A stretch of DNA of 64,000 nucleotides. Origin: Guillardia theta CCMP2712 (Eukaryota; Protista; Cryptophyta). Below are positions 10,613 through 25,200 of this stretch, one piece after another. Numbering within the stretch: the stretch's first letter is position 1; every line of letters begins with the position of its first letter. A model generated the notes under the pieces. That model searched no databases and was not told the origin of the DNA. It saw only the letters and a list, made by a program, of their open reading frames with translations. Made by a program: the position numbers and the translations under genes. The stretch spans positions 17,969-81,968 of the forward strand of contig NW_005434608.1 in assembly GCF_000315625.1 (NCBI RefSeq), in the 5' to 3' direction.

Positions 10613-13185
10613 ATGGCTGGAAGGGGAATGGTGGGGCTGCAGGGATGGCGGGAAAGAAGGATGGTGCAATGGCTGAGAGAGACATGCTCCTCGCATGCTG
10701 CGAGCTTGCAAGCAGTGAGCGGAATACAAAGACAGGTAAGAAGAGCAAGACCTACCTCCCTAGGCCGGACGGGAAGCTGCGCCATGCAGATTCTTCACAA
10801 GTCGGAGGCATTCAGGCATGGACGCGGAATGGACGGTGCTCAGACTAATCGCAGGATAGTCACGAAGCCTCAAGTGAAAACAGGGTTGTTTGGGATCAAG
10901 GGGCTTGAGAGGCCGGATGACTTTCCTAAGAAGGCAAAAGAGGCAGCAACGAAGATTGTCAGTCTGCGAGACCAAGTGATCGAAAGTTCTTCTCAGATTC
11001 CAGCAAAGCAGATCCTGACCCTGATGGATGAGATCTCTGACTCGCTCTGTCTGGTGATCGATGCAGCCGAGCTCTGTCGCAGCGTTCATGAACACTCCGC
11101 GTGGAAGGAGGGAGCGGTCGAGGCGTACGAGATCCTTGGAGACCTCATCTCGGAGCTGAACTCTGACGAGAAGTTGTACCGAGCTCTAGATTCTTGCGTT
11201 TCCAACATGGGAGCAGACGGACGAGCGTTTGACGAGGAAGACGTGCGAATGGCGTGGTCGTTGCGAGAAGAGTTCGAGCGAGGAGGGGTGCACTTGGACA
11301 GAGCTGGCAGGCAGGAGATGATCGAGTTACAAGGAAGAGCCTCTGCTTTGCTCTACCAGTTTACGTGCAATCAATTCGACGAGGCTGATCCTCAAGTCTC
11401 TTTCCCAGCGCCTCTCTCTGACGCCTTGCCCGTCTGGATGAAAGGAAGTCAGACCAGCGATGGGCGCACTGTGATCAGTCTGAATCAAGATACCCTCCAG
11501 GGTATCCTGCAAGTCGTCCCAGACGAAGACTTGAGGAGGGAGGCGTATATCAGCTACCATCGGCAGGAACTCAGAGTTCGAGCTCTGGAGGAATTGTTGC
11601 TTGTCCGTCACGCCATCGCAAGGAAGATGAAGTTTAGCTCTTTCGCCGACTATGCCATCTCCGGCAAGATGGCTGCGTCACCCAAGGTAGTTGAAGACTT
11701 TCTGAATCATCTCAGCGAGCAACTGAAGCATAGAGCTCAACAAGAAATTGAGACCTTGAAGAAGCAGAAGCAGCATTACCTGGGCCTGCAGAGCGACAGC
11801 AGCCCTGAAATCTTTCCCTGGGATTTTCCGTTTTACTCCCGGCATTGTCGAAACCCAGAGCATGAGCTCGCTTGCAAGTTGATCAGAAATTTCCTACCGC
11901 TTGGTCGTGTCCTGCAAGGCATCGGGAAGCTTTTGGAAAACACCTTTGGAATCTGCATGCGAGAAGCAGAGTTAAGCGAGGGCGAGGGCTGGTCACGTGA
12001 AGTGAAGAAGTTGGAGCTGACGCTGTCGGGCACTCTCAGTGACGAGCAGGTGCTCAAATTTCCGACGGATGATCGCGGTCTGCTTGGCATCCTCTACCTC
12101 GACCTGATCAAGAGGCCCGCAAAGCTTGGAGGTGCCGCTCATTTCACCATTCAGTGCGGAAGGCTGATGGAGGATGGGCATTACCGGCCCCCTGTGCTCG
12201 CTTTAGTCGGCAACTTCAGTCCCCCGGCGCATTCGCAAGAGCCTTTGCTTAGCTTCGGAGAGCTGGAGATGCTGCTGCACGAATTTGGGCATGCGCTTCA
12301 TTCAATCGTAGGAAGAACGAGATATCAGGTACCGATGGCGGATGCCGGAAGAGATTTTGACTGTCAATCCTCAACAGCATCTCAACGGTACAAGAATATC
12401 GATGGATGTGGTTGAAATTCCTTCTAGTCTGATGGAGGTCTCATTAGAGCCTCATGTCTCGTTGCCTGATCCTTGTCTCCCAGTACTTTGCCAGGGACCC
12501 GGACTTTATTCAATCTTTCGCAAAACATAACATCACTGGTGAAAGTATTCCCAAACATATTTTAGACTGCGTTCTTCAGGAAAACAGCCGATTTTCTGTT
12601 TTAGAGACTGTTCAGCAGATCATCTATGCCCTGGTTGACCTTCATCTTCACACCCACAACAATGAGGTTGGTAATACACGGATGGACACAAGCGGCTGGT
12701 CTCGCAAGGTGGCGTACGAGGCGACAGGAGAGAAACGGTACATCCGTTACATCGAGGACTGCGACTGGCACGCCAGTCTATCTCATCTAGGCATGTACGG
12801 GTCAAACTACTACAGTTACTTATGGTGTAAGGTGCGCCCCTTCTGGTCTTCTTGTCCTTCCTCCTGTGGTTGTTCTGCTTTCAGACTGGATTGCATATCA
12901 GGTGATCGCTTCCTTCATCTGGAAGCACGTCTTCGAGCGCAACAAGTCTCAGCCGCTGGCTGGGCTCCCTCTTATCCTCAAATTTCTCAGGTGCTGCTTG
13001 AACCTCCGCTTCCTCCACCTCCTCATCTTCTCTCCAGCCACGGCGGTTCCAAGGACCCCAATGAGATGATAGGAGAACTCTTGGAGGACGTGCTGCACCG
13101 CAAGGTAGACGCCCCACTAGCAGAGGTTGAGATCATCTTGATCTTTTCTGCAGAAAACGTCATGCCAGCCCATTCTACAAGATGA
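10613..13185 (+). CDS. MIP: Mitochondrial intermediate peptidase (M3A metallopeptidase), multi-exon
   Basis: TGLFG start of the mature domain, DEISDSLCLVIDAAEL, KLGGAAHFTIQCGR, zinc motif LHEFGHALHS, downstream exons with GTR...DVVEIPSSLME and HLGMYGSNYYSYLW; Arg-rich N-terminal presequence. Confidence 0.92.
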
Positions 13186-13256
13186 AAACGATGTGAAGCT
13201 GCTCTGCAGTGCTTTCTTACATGATCTGAAATCCGTCGAAGACTAGACACAAGTAC

Positions 13257-16200
13257 TTAACCTTTTCCTTCGCCTGTGAATGTCGATGAATACGAGAGAG
13301 AGAAAGGGGGGGACAGAGGGAGGGAGGGAGGGAGGGAGGGAGGGAGGGAGGGAGGGAGGGAGGGAGGGAGGGAGAAGTCAAAGGCATCACCAAAGTCGTC
13401 CTCCTCATCCTCCTCGTCGAGGTCCTCGTCGTTGTCCTCAGCCACATCCGAAGTGAAGGCATCCTTGTATCGGTCGTTCTTCTTAATGTTGTAAGTGTCT
13501 AGTCCTGAAAGCTCCTGGTTCTCCAAGGCCTCGAAGAAAGTAGGATTGCCTTCTTTGATCTCTTCAACGCTTTCTCTCCCAATCCTGCGCGGAATCAGAA
13601 ACGCTTTTACCATGAGATGAGACCTCTTCAAGACGAGATGATACAAGGCTGGTCCAAAACTCCTCGAAATGATTTCAAACGAGAGATATATGATGAAAGA
13701 GATGTAGAAGAAAAATGACGGCGCCTTCGAAAACTTGGTGACAAACATGGTTCCAAGGCCGCTCATCACATCCTCAACAAAGATCTTCTTGAAGATCGAA
13801 GGCAGCCCGAGGGCCGTGATGTCATCAGCCTCGATGTACCCGAAAAACCAGGAGCCGAACGCCAGATGAATCAGTGTTCCAACCGACATCATGTTGGTAC
13901 AGAAGACAGCCAACTTCTCGTCGTACTGCGCCGGTTTCTTCACTGCCCTCAGGATGGCGATCTTATCGCACCAGTAGGCAGTCACGAAGAAGACAATGCC
14001 GAAGAAGTAAAGGGTGGGTATGGACGAGGCGTAAGTGAAGATGACAAACATGATGTTGAGCATGGAGCCATATCGCTTCGAGAGCAAGTACTCCGGGCCC
14101 TCATACAGCCGATTGAGCTCACGTTGAGTCAGCTTCCTCTCCTTCAGCAGCTGCTGCATCATCTGTGCTGGGGTCAGGACTAGTAAACAAGAACAGAGAT
14201 GTCAAAAACAGCGAAACCAAAGACATAGAAACCAAGCTCTTAGCCTCTTATCCTCTTAGCTTCATCTTACCACTGCCTGCGGCCATTTCGCTAATGTTGT
14301 CAAATTTGGCGTGAAAGACGCAGTGACTGTTTGCATGAAAACCTTTTCTCCGACAAGAGCATACCAATCGCTGTTTGTGTCTTTCATTGTTCCAGGCAAG
14401 CTTTGCAGTAGGTTCGTGATCCCCAGAGTCTTCTGCAGCTGAGGATTGACAACTGAACTCCACTCGCCGTTGACCAGCATAACAAGCAAAGCTGCGTCAG
14501 ACACGTCATTTGACATCAAGTCACGGAACAAAGTATAACCTGTATTCACGTATTGTGCAATGAAAATGAATTTTGCGATCCTGGTTTCCAACCCGGATAT
14601 TGTATGGGGCTTTGTGAAGGCCGCAAGAGTGTTGAGGATTCTCTCGAGAAGCTGATTGATAGCCAAGATGGTAACGACGGCTACGATGGACATAATCTGA
14701 ATCAGCCTTTCGTTGTTGACGTAAGCTTGGCAGAACTCAGGCTGTGAAGGAAGCATGTTCCCATACTGGGGAGCACAGTAACACATCAGATAAGCTTGGT
14801 ATATCTGGTTGGATTGCGAGTACCTGTATATTTGCTCAGACTGATCCTAGTTTACACCTTGTGCATTACCTGCTCCACATGATTTGTTCTTGAACATTCG
14901 GATCGTCAATTTTGGGACCATTCAGACACACCAGGTTTCCTCCTGCAACTTGAAGTTGACTTTGCTGGATTTGGACAAACAGGATGATGAGCAGCGATCC
15001 TATCAGGAGGCTGACGGTGATGGCATTTGCAATCATGTTTCGCCCAATTGAATCAAGGCCGCGGTGCTGCAGGTTTTCCCAGAGGACGTTCGAAGGCTCC
15101 GGAGCTCGCTTCACCCTCAGATGATACTTATTGCGGAACTTCTTCACTTTGGAGTTTGGAAAGAATCTACTCAACAGTCCAGCTGTATACGCTTGAACAC
15201 AATCTGTCTGGCCCTTGTCCTCGTTGAAGGTGACAAAAGCGCAGATGGATTTGAAGTCTGACTTGGCTCGCAGCTTTATGATCTGCTCATCGAGATATCG
15301 CTGCCTGCAAACCTACCAGTTATTCGCTCTCACACAAAGCAACTCTCACCTTTTCTTCATCTTCTTCAGTTTCTTTTGTAGAGGCTGCAATTTGTATCTG
15401 GGATCAAAGGTGTCAAATTTACAACAAGGCACAAAGCGAAGGTGTAATTTACAGCTTCAACTTAGCGGTCTGAACTTCTATAGCGAAATCGTTTTGACCT
15501 CGCCTTTGGAATAAGTCTATCAGACGTCCGTTGTTCAGACCGATGGCTACGTCAGCGACTTCGCCATATCTCGAGAAAAATGCACGAAACTCTTCTGGGT
15601 CAGTGGCGTCTGTTGGAATATTTTCGACGAGAATAGTATAGTCAGCAGCTGAGATAGTTTCATCGTCAAGAAGCTTAATGTTCCTGTCTTGAGACATCTT
15701 GAGAAACCAAGTTGCTCCTATCAAGATTACAGTGATAGCCAGATCGATACATGCCAAGATCAAGCTCAGAGTCTTCAATCGAATAGCAAAGCAAGCTCCA
15801 AAAATACAAAGCGGTGGTGAGGGAAGAGTTGGATACTGTTGAGACCATCCGGTTCCTATGTTGCCAAGACTAGTACGGATCTGTTGAGGGACATCATTCC
15901 GGTTCGAGTACTCTTTGCCCCAGCTGTTTCCAATCAATGAAGGAATGCAGATGAAAGCCATCACGGTCGAGACCACAGTCATGTATCGGAGGTATGAGAA
16001 GTACAGCCCTACACCTGTTCCTAATTGCCCCAAATCGATGGTGGAAGTCTTCCAGAGTGGGTAGAGTTGGACGTTATTCTTTCTAACTTGGTTTCTGTTC
16101 TGTTCTAACATGGCAGTCTTAAGGCTTGGTTTTTGCCATTCCCCGCCAGTATCATGAACGTACTTGGCGTTCTTCTTCAAGTACCTTTGGCGCTGCAGGG

Positions 16201-19200
16201 CGACGTAGAGCACAAAGACGATGACCGAGACTGAGATGGCGACGTTCTGCCTCAGAAGTTTCTGTGCACTGATGGGCGTGACATACTCAACGACAAAGCA
16301 GCTGTTCGGGTCACAGCTCTGCAGAGTCTTAGCCGAGTCGATCCCGTTCATTGCCACTGACATCTGGCACGACCCTGTGGTCTCATGAAACTGACCAGGG
16401 ACGCTCGGAGGTTTGCAAAGCACCCGACTGGTCGCCTCGAAATAATGAGAACCGAAGACTGTGAACGTCTGTGACACTGGCGGTGGAGATTTGCACGGCA
16501 AGTCGTTGCAGAGCGCCTTGTAGGTGCACTTGAACAAGGAGGAGTTCCTGAAGTACTGTCCCGATACAGTGACCACTGCATTTGCGCCGTTGGCTGCGTT
16601 CCATTTTCCGTTCTGAAATTGAGGAACACTCTGAGCTGGCTCAAAGGTGGACTCGCGATAGAAGGTGAAGGTATTCTTCAACTCAGAGTTCTGATTGTAC
16701 TCAACGGACGTGAAATCACCGATGCAGCCGCACCTCTCAAAGCTGCTCGTACAAGGCTGGCAGGGATTTGTAAGCTTTCCCACAGAGTTCCTGAGGCAAC
16801 ATATTGCATTTAGTGAAACCTGAATCTCCGTGGAGTAGTACATGTCCTCTGACCTTTGACTCCTTGTCACTTTGCTGCCGTCAGCCTCGTACTGTTGACA
16901 GAACGGGCCTTCGGGGCAGCCACAAGTGGAGCATTGGTTGGTGAATGGACACGAGATCCACTTGCTGCAGCCCGTCCAGGAGGGGTCAAGGCTCGAGCTC
17001 CCGTCGCAGTAGGTCGATGGAGTGCACAGGTTGGCGATAGACGGGCTGACGCATTTGACAAGAGAGTCGTTGAGAAACACTCCCTGCACGTCCATCACGA
17101 TTGACGGATCGTTGACACCCACAAACCTGCAGGCGGGTTGACTTGGCAGCTGAAAGAAACCACTTCCATTGACAAACACCACAGTTTCACCCTTGGAAGG
17201 GCCCGAGAAAGGAAAGATGGAGTAGACCTTGGGGTTCTCATAGAAAAGAAAGAGAACGCTGTAGTCCTTGCCGAGACTGGGAGAAGTAAAGTCCACCTCG
17301 TTGAGAGAGACGGCAACATCCACGTAGCCAGCAAAGAGACTTGCCGGCGTCGTACAGATGACAGCTGTGTCTAGCATCACCACAGCCTCCACCACTGATC
17401 GACCGAACTTGCACTTAGGTGTGCGAATCGGATCACTGAAGGCACCAAAGCCCGAGCCCGTCACGGTGACTCGCGTGCCCCCGTTGAGAGGACCTCCCGT
17501 CGGCTGCACCTTCAAGACCTTGGGATGTTGGTAGTAGATGAACTGCTCAGAAAGCAGCGATCGGAACAGCTGATTGCTCCTTCCCCAGTCTGTGACAGGC
17601 TGACCTTCGTACCAATTGGTGTAATGAGGAACAATCTTGTTTTGAAAGATCCAGTTGGGCTCATCCCAGGGAAAGTAGGTCATGTCGCATCGGATGTTCT
17701 TGGAGGGGTCATTGGGTGCCGAGGGGTCAGGTTTGCTGTCAGAAGGAGAGATACAGAAGTTCCTGCTGCCCGCCGGCTCGTACGTCTGATTGTTGAGAGC
17801 GATCGAGATGCCGATTCCTCTCGTGTATTTACCCGTTAGCTTCCCGTTGGTCTTCCAGGTGACTCTCTGAGCATTGGTGAGAGGGATTGCAGAGTAAGCA
17901 GAAGGAGACATGGCGACAATCTCACTGTCGGATATGATTCCTCCTTGTGTTTCCACCTTGATGTCATCAATCGCCCAGTTATCATAGTCTCCTTGACCAT
18001 GTAGCGCTTGCTTGAACATGATCCTCGTCTTCTGATTCCGACACGGCTTGGACCAAGGACATTGCAGCAATGGTTTCGTTGATCCAGAGCCAAATGAATT
18101 TTTGCGGACATATCGAACACCGCGACTATTCTGAAACAACTTGTGAGACACAAAAGTGAATGACTCGTACTCCTTGGTGTTGAAGACAGCCACTCGATTC
18201 CAATTCTGGATTTGGCTCCACTCAGGAGGTGAATCGATAGGCGCGTATTTGATTTGGACGGTAAGCTGGACAGGAGCAGAAGTGAGGGCATCAGGTAAGA
18301 AACAGTTGAGAGCCCTGATCTTGTCCTGACTGGCAAAATTGAAGGGTGCGACAGTGCAGTTGACATGCTCTTGAACGGAGCACTCGCACTGGTTGGGGCA
18401 TGGAGGCAGTTGGCAAGAAGTTGAGCTCACGCAATGACATTCCTGCATGAAAACAACTCGGGATCCTTTAGTAAAGGTCTGCGTGGGTGCCGTGAAGACT
18501 TCAAGCGGGATAATCATTTGGGACATTGTTGAAGGCTGCTTGTCCAGCGCTGGAATGCCTATTCGCACAAACTTGTAATCGCTTATGTAGTCAAATGACA
18601 TCATGAAGTCTCTTTGAGAAGAATCAACCATCATGGAAAGTTCACACTGAGGAACCACGTACTGGAGATAGGTTATATTCTTTGACAACAATGAATATTG
18701 GAGTGTGACTTGTGACTTGTAGGCATTAGGAACCGTCAGATTGCTAACATTGTATGCAGAACAGACTGAAATATTGATGACGGGAACTGCACTACAAGAG
18801 TCACACTGCACATTCGCATGAAACCTCCCTGATTCAGAAATTTGCAGCAAGGTAAGGTCGTCTGCAACGTCTGGAGCCTCGCAAGATAGCGGAGAGGTCT
18901 GATTTCCCCTTTTCACCCAGAAAGAAATGCCGTATCCCCGTGACAAGTCCATCTCCTTGGACACGATGTACCGCCCAGCAAGTGGAATCAGGTTAGAGCC
19001 AGTGAAGTAGAGGGATCTGCTCTGAACAGGCGCAGGTAACACCGTGGTCTGCCCGGGTAGGTAGGCGACATCTACCTTAAGCCGAGAGTTCTCAAGATCC
19101 ATACCTTGACATTTCGAATTTGAAGCTACCGATGTGCTGAAATCCCACATGGTTTCGTCATAAGAGTAAGGGCTAGTCTTCAAGAACCAGTCATTCTCCA

Positions 19201-22200
19201 GCACAGAAGCTTTTTGAGAGATTTGATCGTTTGGAATGCTAAAGGGAGAGACGGATGCAGGGCTCGGATCGAAATCATCCCACAACGAAGTGCCGCCCTT
19301 GTACTCTTCGGGGAAAGTTCGGTAGTTGCCCCACTGAACCCGCAGGTCTCCGTTGTTGTACCGATTGAAACCCTTCCCTCGAAAGGTCACCAGCGTTCCT
19401 CCATCTGCAGGGCCCCCAAGGGGACTAAAGGTAGAGAATTCAGGTTGAAGGTAATACCTGAAAGAAACATTGCTCGTTAGAGTGAAATCTTGACCATTAA
19501 GAGCAATTTCCACCCACACATCGTAAATACAGTACAAGCAGTTTTTCTCAAATGTAATCTTTGGCCAAGGAGTGTAACACTTAATCAGTCTGTCCCCTAA
19601 GACTGTTGCTGTGGTAACCAAATCCTGAAACTTGCATAAAGGATTTCCAGCATAATTCAGAAAGCCAATTCCAAAAATCTCAACGGTCGTGGGTTGCTTA
19701 TGAGCTGAATCTGCTGTTTCATAACGGATGAGCGGACCTCCAGCAGGCATTAGAGAGAAAATGTTAGGATCCAAGTAGAAAGAAAACAAGTTGTTTGTAG
19801 ATTCCGTGTAGTCCTGTCCGTTAAGTGTGATTGTCAAATCGATTGTTTGACCAAAAATTTCAATCGTTTGAATGGTTGGCATTCCAAATCTTTTGGTCAA
19901 GTACTCTAGCAAGACTCCATTCCGCACTGACTCGATGATTTTCAAAGAGTCTTCCACATTTGCATCGGTGACATTTCCGTACACGCAATGCACACAGAAA
20001 GCAACATCAATGCTACCAATGTTCGGTGCTGTATTCGGGGTCTCACGGACGAATTGAATGACAACGTCACTAGGTAACACCAGGATATCTCCATAGACGT
20101 TTCTAGTTCCTACGACTTCAGCTATGGCAAGCTTGAAAGCTTGAGTGCGAGCGAATGTATTGAAGGAACACAGCTGGGCATCGCACATGGCAGGATCATT
20201 CGGATACTGAATACAACGAGAAGTGCAGCTCACCTCCGAGCCTGAAAGCGTCACGACGATGAACGGAGGGGTTTGACAAACTATTTCATTGTCTCTTTGC
20301 TCCGCACTGACTGGAAGGTAAGCTGCCCTGGTCCATATAGTTGTTCGAGCACCGAATCTACATCTCATATCCTCACTGAAAACTTGAAACCCTCTTCCAA
20401 AGACTTTGATTTCTGCGTTTCCACGAAGAGGGGATCCAGCAGGAAGTATAGATAAGAGGACAGGCTGAGAGTAGTAGACATACGGACAACCATTCAGTCT
20501 TGTGATGTTACCAACTGTGTATGGCACAAGTGCGGGTATTTGTTTGGCTGTAGTTCTGAAATCTGACCATATCACGTTTCGTCCTTCAGAGCTGTTGTAA
20601 CAGAATCCTTGCTCTAAATTATAGTCTTGACCATTCAGAGTGACTGAGAAGGGTAAATTTGCTTCCACTTTGTTCGGAGGAGACTTGCAGATGATCATAC
20701 TACCGGAAGCAACCGTTGCTTGAGATGTCCAGTTGGTGAGGGGAAGATAGCGCGCATACAGATCACTGTACTGACGCTCCATTCCAAAACGGCACAATAC
20801 GTCTCCATTGAAAGCAGCAAAGCCCTCGCCAAAAACGGTCACAACTGTCCCTCCTTTCAAAGATCCCCCAGAAGGTTTCAATCTGTGAATGGACGGTTGA
20901 ACATACAACAGATAATTCAAACTAGCAACATCTGTGAAGTCTCGTGCATTTAGAGATACATCGACTTTCACAGCATGAGCTTGATTGCTAGGAGCTTGAC
21001 AACGTAAAAGTGTGCTTGATAAATATGACGCAAAAACCGCATACCGGCTCAGATCTGACGTAAGATGAAGACTTCCATAGTATGGAGATGATGTTTTCAC
21101 TGACTCCAGGGAAACAGTCTCATTGCCAAATCGACAGGTAATGCTTGATTGATTGAACACTCGATTTGATGCTTGCAGAAGAGATGGAGCAAGGTATACT
21201 GGAGGGTTAAAACCTGTTTCATTGATGAACCAATTTGTGTTTGGCGAATCAATCTCATTATACAGGTTGAATCCGATTCCTCGAATGATAATCTCGGTGC
21301 CTCCCAGTGTTGGACCTCCCAAGGGATAAGAGGACAGCAGAATTGGTTCTGGATAGAAGAAAAATTGCTTTCCTACAGAGCTGAGCCTTGTCAAAGGTGG
21401 TGGACTCCTCGGCCAATCACTGTAAGGGAAATCAATGTAGTCTTGAGCATTGAAAGTCACAGTGAAAGGCATGGGAAGTCCTCCGCTACCGCTTATATTG
21501 GCAGCAATGATGTTGTCATCGTAGGTTGAAAGGTTTCCATCCTTTCCGGGAAAGGACGCACCAAGAATGGTTGGGTGAATCGCTTTCCGTCTCTGCTCCC
21601 AATCTCTTATTGCATTGTCTATCTCAGTTTGAAGCTGCGCAATGGCAGCAAGAGTCGCGCTAGATGGCAATATGCTCTGTGCTTGCACTAACACCGCTTG
21701 TTGCTGCTTCAACGTAGCAATATGATTTATCATCTGCTGATTCTCATAGATATCTATTTTGCGAGGAGCATCGTAAGGGATGGTGGGAATGGGGCAAACA
21801 AGAAGAGTGTCGTTCACTATCCATGCTGAAGTATTTGTCTGAAAAGAATAGCTTATCCAGCCTGGAAATGTCGTACTGTTTCCAACAGAAACAACAGTCT
21901 GTTTTCCAAATTGACACATGGGAAACCACTGAAACTGTTGGAAACCTTTTCCATACACAAAGACGTACTTTCTTGAGTTCAAAGGACCACCATTTGGAGT
22001 GAGGTGTGATACTATTGGTTGCCTGTAGTATCTGTAGTATAATGCTCCGGAAGCAGGCAACGAGCAATCCACATCCAGACAGGAAGGGTAGACATCTTGT
22101 CCATTCAGTTTCAATCTGAAAGTGGCATCGTACAGAGAAGAATCCAATTGAGGGGTATGAGGAGGTGCTGAACATCGCAGAGTGAAATCGTCTACCCTTT

Positions 22201-25200
22201 CTGCTCTGCTCTCACATGCCTCGATGCATGAAATAACCACTTGTGTGGTGGTATTGAAACCTCGAAAGCTTGGAGTGTACGGCTTAGAATATGATGGAAG
22301 AAAATTCATGATTCCAGTCTCTCTGTTGTATGTTGGACACCCTGTAGAGTTGTATGCAAGAGCGCATAAAAAAATTGTCCCAAAGTGTATGATGTCAAAC
22401 ACGTGTGCTGGGTATGGCTGGTCGAAAGCAAAGACATTTTCACTGACGAACCTTCCATTTAATGGTAATGAATGCCTGGCATTGCCCGTTGTACATTTTG
22501 GGCCGATACTGTTAGCATAATCACTATATTGACATCCCCACACACAGATAGAAAGCCCCTCAATTGCTGGGCGGAAGCCAGAACCTCGTACTTCAACAGT
22601 TGTACCACCAGCAAAAGGGCCTCCATATTGTAAATTGATTCCTTGCGACGGCGAAAATGACGTGAGATTCGTGAGAAAACGTGGAGCAGAAAGTGAAGAA
22701 AGGCTTGGATTCTCATAGTACTGAAAGGTCGACGTAATATCACCGTAATCAGCGCCGTTCAGGCTTACTCTTACGTTCACATTTCCAATGACTAGGGGGC
22801 AATCTGTACATCGATCCTGCCTGTTTGCTCTGTTGGTGGGATTTATTGACGCCCGTACAATGCCCTTAATGCAGGTGGTACTGGTATCAAAAAGCCCAGC
22901 GCATTGACATTGTAGATCAAATCCGGGAGGGCAAAGGTTCACACAAGCTCCATCGTAAGGTAAAATGCCACTATTTGATGGACCGGAGGGAGGAGACACT
23001 GTTGTGATCAGCGTGCTCGTGATGATACATCCACGCATCCAGTTATTTCCAGAATCACCAAACCGAACTCTGACATCATTGGCTGTTTTGATGTCGAAGC
23101 CGTAGCCAACCAGTAAGATGTAACTTCCTCCTGTTATTGGTCCAAATTGTGGAACAACTTTTAGAACTGCTGGTAAACTGACATACTTGAAAGTAAATAT
23201 TTTTTGTGTTGGGAGCATTAGTTTTTGTTTCCACCAAATTGTAAGATTCCGAGGAGTACTCAGCTTATCAAGATTATTTTGCATTGCTGCCAAATCTACC
23301 TTTCCATTGCTGCTGTATATCTGGACGTCTGGTGTCATGCAAATAAGCCTTACACTGCTGTATCGAGTTGCAGGCATTCGGAGTACTTGTATTGAAGCAT
23401 TCATCAAACTTCCAGGGTACTGACTGTAATGAGTTCCATTAGAGTACACACTGAGACGACATTCCAAATTCCCAAGAAAGGTATTAAAGCCTTGTCCGAT
23501 CACGTAGAGAGGGGTACCTCCATTTACTGGCCCTGTATCAGGCGAGTAATCTAGAATGTAAAACCCCTCGTCTTTGCTGCGGGTGATGGTGTGGCTGCTG
23601 CCGCTTGCAACGCTCGTTGTGTTCTTCCCATACAGAGAGACGAGTAAGTGCGGGCTAGTTATTAAATGGCCCCATAAGTCCGGGGAACCAATGCCAATCT
23701 GTCCGAAAGTATTCAAACCCCACGCGTAAACATTCAAATCTTTGCTGATGACATAAGAGGTGTAATCTCCTGCGAAAACTCTGATTCCAATGTTGCTGAT
23801 GGGCATCAGCGGCTCACAATCAGCGGACGTGTACCCAACCGTTTGGTTTGCAGGGCCACAATCTCGGCGTTGAAGAGTGTCAGTGCATCTGCGGCCGCAG
23901 GGAGTTCGAACCTTACTTCCAACGCAAACATAGTCGGCAAAACTGGGTGAGACTTCTGATCCAAAAGGGGTATCACACCATATACGATTTGGAATCGGGA
24001 CGAATGAGATTGAAGATCTGTCGATCGAATTGCCAACACCGAGCTGACCTGCGTCATTACGACCAGAGCTAAATACATGTCCAGAAGAGTTCAAAAACAG
24101 AGAATGCCCATGCCCTGCCGCTATCGAGATGACAGGCCCCAGCATTTGGAATTCCTTTCCTTGCAGCTTTACAGGAGCAAACCGATTCAACTTGTCACCA
24201 AGCCCAAGTTGTCCATGCCTATTTCCGCCCCAGATCCAGATTTCACCGTCCTTTGAAAGAGCAATGCTGTGCAACCAACCAGCAGCGACCTGTACAATGA
24301 ACTGGTCCTTCAGTCCTGGCACGAGAATAGCTTCCAGCGATCTCCTCGGCTCAACAGAATTGGGACCGATATCCAAAGAGTCCTGACCAAGTTGTCCAGA
24401 TGAGCCAGAACCTACCGAAAAAGATCAAGATAGGAAGCAAGTATGCTATCTTTACCCCAGACATATACTTTTCCCAAGGACGTAACGGCCATGCTATGTT
24501 CTCCCCCAGCAGAAACTTGGAAGAATAAAAGATCCTTTGAGTTTTTTGTTGGGGTAGGCTGGAATCTATCCGCTGTGTCCCCTGTGCCAAGTTGTCCCAT
24601 ATGATTGATTCCCCAAGCAAACAAAATTCCACTCCGCGAGAGAGCAAGCGTATGGTGATTGCTATGAGAAGGATGTTTCAGGAAAGGAAAAGGCAAATCA
24701 ATCAGGGAAAACGTACGATGAAGAGATTTGTATGATTTCTTGCCCAAAAAGGTCATTTATTTCGGCAGGAAATCTGAATTTTTGATGATCAGGGCACAGC
24801 TTTGCACAAATGTGAATAGAATTACGTAAGTTTCACAGATTTCTCGACGGAGCAAGGCGGATAGGTGCATAGATTGATTCCTGCATCAGTCAATCCCAAT
24901 TGCCCCCGGTAATTTCTACCCCAAGACCACAATCTTCCTTTTAGAGAGGATGAAACGGAAAACTCTTCGCCTGCTGCAACCGCGCTCATGTTTTGATTCC
25001 TCAGTACCTTCAAAACTTCAGATCTCGTGTTACTGGAAAATGCAGAACATTCACCGGGACGATCATTGGAATGACCGTATTGTTGAGGGAACCTGTACCT
25101 TCGTGGGGATCTCAATCAAGAAATGAGTAGAAAGGGTCTTACCAAGTTGACCAAAGTTATTTGATCCGAATCCGTACACATCGCCTTCATTGATGGTTAA

